Source: Azolla caroliniana | Lineage: Eukaryota; Plantae; Polypodiophyta | Length of the DNA stretch: 64,000 nt | Reading direction: 5' to 3' | Assembly: GCA_043228905.1 (NCBI GenBank) | Contig: JBHGNT010000006.1 | Location: forward strand, 20,832,001 to 20,896,000 | In this document: piece by piece, positions 54,327 through 64,000 of the stretch | Layout: each line of letters starts with the position of its first letter | How positions within the stretch are numbered: the first letter of the stretch is position 1 | Translations under genes and position numbers: made by a program | The notes under the pieces: generated by a model | What the model was told of the DNA's origin: nothing | The model's database searches: none | The model's input: only the letters and a program-made list of their open reading frames with translations

Positions 54327-55481
54327 ATGTTCTCCATAGGTAGCGCGGTCGTTGCGTGGAGCAGCAAGAAGCAGCCCATAGTGGCTTTGTCAAGCACTGA
54401 GGCTGAGTACCGGGCCGCTACCGTTGCCACTTGTGAAGCCATCTGGCTTCGGCGACTGCTGCGAGACTTGCGGATCGAGGTGCCGACCCCGTTCCCAATT
54501 TACTGCGATAACATGAGCAGCCTGCAGCTCGCCAGGAACCCTGTGTTCCATGCTCGCACAAAGCACATGGAGGTGCACTACCACTTCGTGCGTGAGCGGG
54601 TCCTGAGCTGTGAAGTTGACCTACGGTATGTTCATACGGATCGGCAAGTTGCCGACATCTTCACCAAGCCGCTCGGATCGGACAAGTTGCAGCATTTTAC
54701 CGACATGCTTGGTGTTCAGCATCTCGACGTGTCGCACTTGAGGGGGAGAAGCAAGGACAAAGTCTCTACCGAAACGGGCAAAGGCCAACAAACTGTTGAA
54801 CCCGTCAGTAAGAGGAGAGCCGAAAGAAGAGGAGACAAGAAGATAAAGGAAGCCGAGTCGGCGAAGGAAGTCGACACATCCGAACAGGTCGGAGCAAGCG
54901 GCTGTGAAGAAGAGTTGTGCACTCAGGAAGAGAAGTGCATGCTGTGCGGAGGTCATCACGACGGTACTGACCATGATGCGGAGTCCAATGAAGAATTCGA
55001 TTTCGGTTCACCGGCTGAAGAAGCCGAGGGAAGCATGGAGAAGGCCAAGACATGGAAGTGGTCCGATGTGGTGAGAGGCCTGAAGCCGAAAGTCGAATCG
55101 AAGTGTACCGATTCGGACAAGAGCTGGAACGAGTCGGAGACAGCTGACTCGGATCAACAGATGGATCCGGATGAGTCGGATCGACTGAAGACCAAGGGGA
55201 CACGGACACAGCGGAAGTCGATGCCATCGTGGGAGAACCGACGGATCGGCAAGCACCGGAGTCACAGCAACGTGAGTGCTGAGATGGGCCTATTGAGCAG
55301 ACATGCCGACCGAGAGGGTCGAGGCACGCAGAACCAAAGGGGTCGCGGCAAACGGGACCGGACCGGACGAGGAGCGCGAGCAAGACGGAGTGACGCCAGG
55401 AGGAGTCGGTTGAAAGAACCGACTGCCACAGAGGTCGACACTACGACCCTACCTCAGGTTGAGCTTGAGGGGGAGTGTTGA
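54327..55481 (+). CDS. Copia RNase H plus ~245-aa charged C-terminal extension
   Basis: WSSKKQ, SSTEAEY, CDN, RTKH and ADIFTKPL, then an open frame running to the LTR (…PQVELEGEC*). Confidence 0.8.
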   Translation: MFSIGSAVVAWSSKKQPIVALSSTEAEYRAATVATCEAIWLRRLLRDLRIEVPTPFPIYCDNMSSLQLARNPVFHARTKHMEVHYHFVRERVLSCEVDLRYVHTDRQVADIFTKPLGSDKLQHFTDMLGVQHLDVSHLRGRSKDKVSTETGKGQQTVEPVSKRRAERRGDKKIKEAESAKEVDTSEQVGASGCEEELCTQEEKCMLCGGHHDGTDHDAESNEEFDFGSPAEEAEGSMEKAKTWKWSDVVRGLKPKVESKCTDSDKSWNESETADSDQQMDPDESDRLKTKGTRTQRKSMPSWENRRIGKHRSHSNVSAEMGLLSRHADREGRGTQNQRGRGKRDRTGRGARARRSDARRSRLKEPTATEVDTTTLPQVELEGEC

Positions 55482-55872
55482 GCGGCAAGCTCAACCGGAG
55501 CCGGATCGACTGAATAAGCCGGAGCCGGTAAGCGAGACGGATCGGGCGAAACGGATCGGTATGACGGTGAGCAACCGAACCGGCAAGCAGTGGAGGCCGG
55601 GTGCAATCCGTAACCGGCAGTCCAATCAGAAGCCTAGAATAGGATAGACTACTAGGTATCTATAGTCTCGTAGTAAGTGTCAGATGCTCGTGTGAGCATT
55701 GAAGTACATGGTACTTCTGTCAGTCCCAAGAGGACTTGTATAAATAGTGCTACTTAGCACAGTGTGTAAGTAGAGTCTTGATATAATTTTGAAATTACGT
55801 TCTGCTCTCTCTCTCTCTCTCTCTCTCTGTGTTGTTCTCTGGTTTACGCTTCCGCAAACACTCACATTTACA

Positions 55873-56280
55873 AGAATCAATCCGATTACATCGGACACCC
55901 AGGATGTTTCTTGGACAATAGACCTAGATAGTTCGAACTTCGGGTTCAGTCTCTCCGAACTCAGCCAATCTGGCCTTCTGCTCTTCGGAGTTCACCGACT
56001 CGAACTAATTCTCGATTGTTCGGAAACCTTGTATCAATCTGTATTGTACATTAATTTCGGTTTACAGATTTCAAATGTATACGCCCATTACGAGGGAGTG
56101 TTGAACACGGGCTTCTAATGAACGTATTCACACCGTCTCCTTTGTACACACTAGGCTTAGGCTACTTATGTAAATAGTGAGAAGGGCAATTGCCCTAAGT
56201 CAATCAATATATAAACTGACTTTGTAACCTAGTTATAGTGGTTGCCTTTTGTGGCTATTGCAAAATTATTGAGTTGTGCC

Positions 56281-56328
<48 letters not shown>

Positions 56329-59300
56329 ACGCACTAGTTGCATTCCTGTTTTTCTGTCTATCTTGTCATCAATACATTGTGATTTTGTATCTACTTATGA
56401 TCTTCCACACGAGGACTGTTGATCTTGTTCCTGTAAAAAGAACAACATGCGGAAGCAACAGAAAACCAAACGTAGGAAAACACAGGTTTAATGGAGAGCT
56501 TGGACACACACAATACGCGGGAGAGAGAGAGAGAGAGACCCTTCTGGTCGGCTTGTGTGCTCGTGTGGCCCTTCTCAGCTCCCTTGTTGTCGCGGTGTTG
56601 GCGCCTCTTCGGCTGCCCTTTCTTCCACTTGGCCCTCGGTTGATTCGGCGTCTCTGAATCAAACATCCGAACCAAATCAGCTTCCTCCGATCGGTTTTCG
56701 CTCTCTTCTGAATTGGTTGTCTCCAACTCGTCTTTAGTCTTCTCGCTCTTGTTGGCTTCATCTCCCCCATGCTTGGCTGGCTTCGGCTCTTTCTTTCGGT
56801 TGTTGTCCTCACGTTCGCTTTTAGACTCTTTCGCGGATCCGCCCTCGGCTTCTTCAGTCGACCCGAAATCAAATTCGTCATCCGACTCCTCCTTTCCTAC
56901 TCCCTTCTGTGGTCATCTGGGACTTCTCTCCCCCTCAAGTTCGGCACATCGAGGTGTCGCAACCCAAGCACACCCGAGAATTGTCGTAACTTGTCGTAAC
57001 CAAGGGGCTTGGTGAAAATGTCGGCGGTCTACCGATCCATCCGAACATACTAAAATTCGACTTCACCGGAGAGGACACGCTCACAGACAAAGTGGTAGTG
57101 CACCTCAATGTGCTTAGTCCGGGCGTGGAAGACATGGTTCTTCACTAAGTGGATGCTGTTGAGGTTGTCGCAGTAGATCGTTGTCAAATCGGACACCTCC
57201 ACCTGCAGATCCTTAAGTAGTTGTTTCAGCTAGACAGCTTCGCATGTGGCGACAGCCGCTCCTCTATACTTGGCTTCAGTGCTCGACAGTGCAACTGTCA
57301 GCTGCTTCTTGCTACTCCATGCCTTCATGTCAAATGATGCCGCGAGTTGGAGCTTTATGCGGTCAATTTCACCTAGGTCGGCGCCGGTGATGACCAAGTC
57401 ATCAACATAAAGTAAAATACTAACCAGCCCGAGTCGACCTTGCCAAATGAACAGTGAAGAGTCCAGTTTGGACGTCGCAGATCCCATCCGACACAATCAC
57501 TACGTGATTTTCGTGTTCCAAGCACGTGGAGCTTGCTTTAGTCCGTAGAGGGACTTCTTCAACCAGCAGACCGCCGAAGTGTTCATTCCGGAGTGAAATC
57601 TGGGGGGTTGTACCATGTACACTTGTTCCCCAAGCTCGCCTTGTAGAAACGCATTCTTGACATCCATCTAATGTAAATGCCACCCCTTCGCTGCAGCTAC
57701 TGCAAGTAAAACACAGACAATCGTCATATTTGCGACCAACGCAAACGTCTCATCGTAGTCGATGCCGTGTTGCTGCGCATAGCCTTTCGCTACTAACCGA
57801 GCCTTGTATCGGTTGATCGAGCCGTTGGTGTTGTACTTGACCTTGAACACCCACCTACATCCGATCGGCTTCACACCCTTCAGTGCATCAACCAGGTCCT
57901 AGGTTTCATTCTCCGCCAATGCCTGCATCTCTTCCTCCATTGCGGCATGCCAATTTGCGTCCTTTGCCACTTCTGCATAGCTCTCCGGCTCACGCACTTC
58001 CGCTACACGCGTCATGTACGCATAGTGATGATGCGCCATGTACTCGTTGTATCCAAACCGCACAACAGGGTTCTTCTGGCAGGTAGATCGGCGTAATTGC
58101 TCATTAGCCGACGTTGAGGCTTTCTTGGCTGACGCGGACTTCGCTCTCGAAGGCCCATCATCGCTTTGCTCAGAGTCGGATTCGCGTCGATCGGACTCGC
58201 CCTTATCCGTGCCGTACTCCGGCATCTTCTTCTTCTCGTTTTCCTTGCGCATAAACTATCTCCTCGGCTTCCTGCGCAGGGAATGCACGGCCGAGTCTCC
58301 ACTACTCGCCGGCTCTTCTTCGGACTGATCAAACCAACCCAATCGCTCATTTGGTCCACTTAGCCGAAATGAAATCGGACTTTAATCAAGGGTATTGTTT
58401 TCGCGGTCATCCGGAGGCATTTCAGCCTCGCTGACCTCATCGTCAGAGCTCGGATCCGGAGATCCGGAGTTGGAGTTGAGGTCCAGAGTTGGAGGTAAGT
58501 ACCAGGACGCGGACTCATCAAACACAACATCGCGGCTCACGCGAACTTGTTTGGTTCAGGGGTTATAACACTTATAACCCTTCTGTTCGTTTGAATAGCC
58601 GACCAAGATACACTTCTCAGCTTTCGCATCCAACTTCCTCTATTTCTCCTTCGGTACATGCACATACGCAATGCTACCGAAAAATCTCAAGTGGCGTAGA
58701 TTTGGCTTTCTTCCGAAATACAGCTCATGCGCCGACACTTTATCTCCGATCCGATTCTGGATGTAGACTGCGGTTCGTACCGCTTCGGCCCAATAGAACT
58801 TGGGCAAGCTCTTTTCTTCCAGCATTGCCCGCGCCGCTTCCACAACCGACCGATTTTTCCTTTCGGCTACGCCGTTTTGCTCCGGTGTATACCTGCAACT
58901 GAATTCATGCCGAATTCCCATTTGTTGCAGATAACTGTTGAATTGGCCAGAAAAATACTCTTTCCCGCCATCTGACCGCAGGCACTTGATCTTTCTCCCT
59001 GTTTCCCTTTCTACGAAGCTTTTGAGGTCCCGAAAACAGTCGAAGACTTCACTCTTATTTTCAATGAGATAGATCCATGTGTGCCGCATGTAGTCATTGA
59101 TGAAGGAGACAAAATATCGACTCCCGCCAATACTAACGTTCTGTGTCGGCCCCCATACATCCAAATGTATCAAGTTGAGCTTGTTCCGGCTCCGATTACG
59201 CTCGTTGGGGAAAGGAAGTCGGTGTTGCTTCTCTAGCTGGCAAGCTTCACAAATTTGGGCCTTCCGGCCACTAAATTTGGGCAATCCAAACACAACTTGT

Positions 59301-60928
59301 TTCGATTGCAAGTCCTGAAGCCTTTGATAGTTGACGTGGTCTATCCGCTTGTGCCACAAGTCGATATCCGACTCAACTTTTTGTCCTTTTGCAAACATTG
59401 TGGTGCCAACGTCATTGGTGTCGAGGATAAACATCCTCCCGTCCCTGCGCCCTTGTGCAATAACTTGGCCTTCCTCCTTGACGAAGCACCCAAGATGCGT
59501 GAACCAGACTTGCATTCCTTGGTCAACGATTTGCCTGAGCGACACCAGATTCTTCGTGATTGTCGGGACATGTAACATGTTCATGAGTTTCCCTTTTTGC
59601 TCGACATGGCTCAGGGGAACTTCACCGACATTCTCTATCGAATGCAGAGTGTCGTCTCCTGTTGCGACTACTCCCAGTTGCGTCGGTTTCTCAAGGTATG
59701 AGAACCACTCCTTATGGCTCGTCATGTGGTTTGACGTGCCAGACTCAATGTACCACACCTCGGCTGATCTCGGGGTGGTCTTCTTCATTGAGTTCTCTTC
59801 GTGTCTCGTCACGAAGGCTGCCCCCTTTCCGACTTTTTCAGATCCTTCGGCGTAGAGTGATCGTTGTCGATTTCCTTTGTCGGTTTATCTAGATCTGGAT
59901 CCGGTTTCCTCCAAATCGGTGCACTTCTTCCAACACTCACTCTCCTTGTGGCCTTTCTTACCACAGTACCCGCATTCCGCGACATATTTCCCTTGCCGGT
60001 TCTCGTCACCTCGACTCCCCCTGTTTCCGGAGGGTCCAGAATTACTGTCGGCATCACTTCGGTAGGCCACCTCCATTGCGCATCGACTCGCCTCGTCCGC
60101 CACGACTACGGGGCCTATCTCCCTCTGTGTACAGAATCTTGCTATCGGTGTGTGTACTCGTCGACGCACCCGCACGGTTCTCCTCTATAAGGAGCATCGA
60201 TTGTAGGTCGAAAAACGACGGCGTATTCTCCCGTGTGCACACAGCAGTTCGGAACGTTCCGAACTTCGATGCCAGTCCCCCGAGACAGATCTACACCATC
60301 TCGCCTTCCTCGACGTTCACATCGATAGAGGCTAAGGAGTCGCATATCTCTTTGATCTTCGAGGTATAATCAGTCACCGACAAGTCGCGTTGTCGCAAGT
60401 TGCTCAACTCCTGTCAGAGTTGGAGCTTTCTGGCTGTGGTGCTTGCGGCGAAAATCTTTTTTAGATTTCCCCAAGCATCCTTCGACATTTTCATATCCCG
60501 AATATAGCTCAGAGGTTGTCCGCCCACACAAGACGTGAAGCAGTAGAGAACTCTGCTCGCCGACTATTCCCAAGCTGGGAAGTCTTTGTGTGTCGAATTG
60601 GGTGTTGTGTCATTTGCTCCGTCGACATAGCTCCAATACCCATGCCCGAGCAGGTACTGGTGCATCTTGTACGACCAAGATGCATAGTTGTTTCTGTCGA
60701 GCTTCTCAATCGGAAGCGAGCTAGCCATGCCTCTATCCATTTTGTTTTCCCTATTATTTACGAAGGTTAGGTTTTCTTCTCGAGCTCAAGTCGGTTGCAG
60801 AGGCTCTCAACCCTCACGCTCTGATGCCATGTAAAAAGAACAATGTGCGAAAGCAACAAAAAATGAAACATAGGAAAACACAGGTTTAATGGAGAGTTTG
60901 GACACACACAGTACGCGGGAGAGACACA

Positions 60929-60976
<48 letters not shown>

Positions 60977-61310
60977 ATACATACAACTCTATTCAAAAAT
61001 AATAATACTCACTCTGTACATAGGATGTGCTCAGTGAGCACTTTTATACAAGTCCATACGGACTGACAGAAGTACTGACACGTACTTCAATGCTCAAAAC
61101 TTAGCTCTACACTAACTCCCAAAATATATTCCTACGCGGAATATCTTTCCAACGGCCTCGCGGTTTACACACTGCTACGGCTTCTCGTTGCGCACCAGTT
61201 TGCGTACTAGTTTACGCACCGGTCCGGCCTAACTGATCGGTCCCAACCGATCCGGCCAATGTTGAGCTTGTATCTCAACAGTTCCACATCAGATGACGAC
61301 ACTCCCAACA
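55873..61310 (+). mobile_element. Family-D LTR (55873-56431 plus 61286-61310), split by element Z
   Basis: 56222-56431 plus 61286-61310 align with 13199-13409 and end CCCAACA. No PBS follows, so it is a 3' or solo LTR. Confidence 0.85.
56432..61280 (-). mobile_element. Ty1/copia element Z (X/Y group), degraded, TSD GTTCC
   Basis: 5' LTR 60830-61280; mutated PBS 60818-60829; gag from 60740; PR-INT 58640-59812; RT/RNase H with an internal deletion; only 56432-~56537 of the 3' LTR remains. GTTCC at 56427-56431 and 61281-61285. Confidence 0.92.
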
Positions 61311-63460
61311 CTAATTCCACTCAACGGCGCATGTGCACACCCCGATGTGGGCGTACATTCCATGGGGACGTTTGAATGCATGACGGGGTTGACAATGAGA
61401 CACTGGCCATTTCAATATATGGACCTCATAGTGGTTAGGTACCGGGTAGTAGGTCGGATGTGTACCATTTGCTAGCACACCCCAATGTCATACATTGTTG
61501 CAAAGATGACCTATCTGATGTTGGGTGTGCAAGGCATTTGGCACAAATGAGCATGTGTAAGGAAGCATATCATAAGTCAAAGGCTAGTCCATTAGATCTT
61601 GTTAGCTATACGTTCTTTATGATACCAAAGGAGGTCCATAACATGGCAAATAGGTTAAAAACCAGGAGTGCCATTTTAGAGTTTGATTGGTCTTTGATGA
61701 TGCAAGATGCCTATGCACTCCGAGATCTTGGGAAAGTGGCTCATGTTCAACCTTACATGCCTGATGAACCAAGATTTCTCACCAAACAACCATTTATTTT
61801 GATACTTCAAGATCAATGGATGTTGGAAATGTGTGAGCGGTTGACCCTAAACAACTCTTGGGCAATCGACTCAACATTTAAAACAAACCAATTCGGGCTA
61901 CCATTTATGTAGTTGTTGCCCCCAACGCCATGGGATTTGGGATGCCCTTATGGTACATGCTTTGTAGTTCTGATAAGGGATCGAACCATGAGCAAGTCAC
62001 ATTAAAAACTTGCTTGAGAATCATATTCGCAAGGATGCCCATGGTGAGGCCAAATGTGATCGTGATTGATAAATGTCGGACATCATATAATGCCATAACT
62101 AATGTGGTTGCAACAGACCATCAATCTTGGATTGTTGTAAATGGGCAACATTCGTAAACACATTGTTGACTTTTGCTGTGTTAGTTTCACGCCAAAAAAT
62201 CATGGGTGGACAACTTGTTGCCAAAAGTAAGTTTAACTTAGAGAAGCCATCTTTATCAGCAAATGTGCCAACTGATGCAATGCATTACTGAATCCGCATT
62301 CAATGTGATATGTGAGGAGTTAAAGGTAGAATATGCAGATAAGACCGGTGTTTGGCAATATATAGAGGGAGGATGGTTTGGTTTGACATATGTGTGGAGG
62401 AAACTCTGGCCCAAGTTTGGTAGAATGTTCAATTAAGGACATGTTGACATTACCAATATTGTGGAAAGACATTGGTAGTTTATCAAGTATATTGCTTTGA
62501 GAGGAAGAATAAACAGATCAATTACCGGCCTTGTGCATGTCTTAATCGGGGACAGTGAAACTGGAACTTGCATCAGAGGAACGGTCGTAGAGTGGTACAA
62601 GCAACAACAAGAAATATGTGAGGGTGGTCGATTTGCACCCCATACAAATTGTAGGGATCAAAGGTCCAAACTTAAAGAGGCCGAGAGAATATTGGAAAGG
62701 TATGTCGACGATACTTCCACAATGCATATTGTGGATGCGGCCCAATATTGGTTTAGAATCTTGAGCATGATGACTCCCACTCTATGGTATAATGTCTCAC
62801 TCCAATGCTCATATTGTGATTGTCAAGACCTTGCAAGTAAATGTAAGCATTTACTTGGTACCGAATGATTATTAAGAGGCACATGCCACATTTATGTGGC
62901 TTGTTGCCTTTTATACATCACGCCACCCAAATACAAATGGACCACAATACAAAAATAGAAGTGGAGACAAAGGTAGAACGAGTCGGGGAGACAAACCCCA
63001 CAACATTAGAGATGGAATCATTGAAGTCCAAAATACAAACGTCTGAGGAAGCACTTCAATGGCTCAAGCAAGGGTTAGGAGCCTTCGACCGTGCAACTAT
63101 TTTGGAATGTATACAACATTGGAAGATATGACTGAGAAGGTGTATCACATTGGTGCACCAAAATCACACAGTGAAGAAGATGGCAAATCAATAAGTCGCA
63201 ACCAACAAATAGGTGGCAAAAGAAGTGCAACAATAGACATCTCGCAAGAACTTATTGGCAGCTCCCCAACACTTCCAATTCCCACACCAGAAAACTAGAA
63301 AGAGGTGCAAGTCGGGCTAGGAGGCGATTGCCAATATATGACCATGAGAAGGTTCGGTGTTTGCGTTGCGATGGCTTGACCTTGACTTTAAGGGACTCGA
63401 TTGTTACATGTTGTAAAAATTGTGGTTGCATTTTGCCATCATCCCGACGTGAACCATAAT
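61311..63460 (+). pseudogene. Degraded Mutator-like (MULE) DDE transposase with SWIM zinc finger
   Basis: WAIDSTFKTNQFGLP, IVIDK...NAI, LLC*FH, TNIVERHW, YNVS...CDCQD...KCKHL. Multiple stops and frameshifts. Confidence 0.85.
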
Positions 63461-63750
63461 CTTAATATGTAACATGTATTCATATTTCATTTTAGGGTTT
63501 TTGGCTTGGATTATTCCCATTGTCGACATTTGACGTTTTAATCTTTTATGTAAGACTTGCTATTTGAAACTTTAGGTTGATTTGTTATTTAGAGCTTGGA
63601 GATATAAGTTTGTGTGATTTTTAAGTTTTAAGTTTTAGGTTTTCAGCAATTGGAAGTTTAGGTTTTTTTTGAGTAATTTTATGCATCATTTTCATGGCAA
63701 ATATTTGTTATACACTGAACAGTTTTTTGGAGTTTTTGATGTTGTTTCTA

Positions 63751-63960
63751 AGTCGGGCTCCTAGTGACAAAGGCAATCAGACAACAAGGCTCCTTTTGAC
63801 AGAGTCGGGCTCCTGGTGACAGAGGCTCTCAAACAACGGGGGGGCTCCTTTTGACAAAGTTGGGCTCCTAGTCACAGAGACTGTTAGACAACGGGGTTCC
63901 TTGTGATAGAGTCAAGTTCCTAGTGACAGAGGCTGTTAGAGAGTCGGGCTCTTGGTGATA
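63751..63960. repeat. Subterminal-type direct repeats GTCGGGCTCCT(A/G)GTGACAGAG downstream of the MULE transposase
   Basis: About 5-7 imperfect copies near 63752, 63803, 63859, 63911 and 63942. Confidence 0.75.
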
Positions 63961-64000
63961 AACGTTGTCAGCTTTTTTTCCACATCGGACAGTGGAGATT

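Larger units (their letters stand above)
42958..55872 (+). mobile_element. Ty1/copia element Y, near-complete, probably chimeric
   Basis: LTRs 42958-43368 and 55476-55872; PBS TGGTATCAGAGC at 43369-43380; open gag-PR-INT from 43464; RT/RNase H 53258-54740. Flanks GATAT and AGAAT do not match. Confidence 0.95.

Overview
Eukaryotic, transposon-dense DNA from a land plant, most likely a non-seed lineage such as a fern, lycophyte or moss (inferred from the element types; not proven). There are no intact host genes, RNA genes or CRISPR arrays. The window is a deeply nested stack of elements. It holds Ty1/copia retrotransposons (tRNA-iMet PBS, 5-bp TSD) and three families of non-chromovirus Ty3/gypsy elements, two with a visible tRNA-Trp PBS; 4-bp TSDs are seen for both family-A copies. 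It also holds a degraded Athila/Tat-like gypsy with an extra 3' ORF, a 5'-truncated L1-type LINE and a degraded MULE transposase with a SWIM finger. Most notable: (1) an ~8-kb non-autonomous DNA transposon (24349-32418) with an 8-bp TSD and bipartite terminal inverted repeats, carrying intron-containing exons of a group-D (TDY) MAP kinase; (2) the gypsy group, with CG-centred targets and a covarying hairpin just upstream of the PPT in three families; (3) a copia family with a duplicated PPT, a conserved charged extension after RNase H, and a hairpin that encloses the PPT; (4) one ectopic recombination that would explain the missing halves of four nested elements; (5) a degraded spliced RING-like gene with an intron made of a palindromic 52-bp array. 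All calls were made by eye, without database searches.
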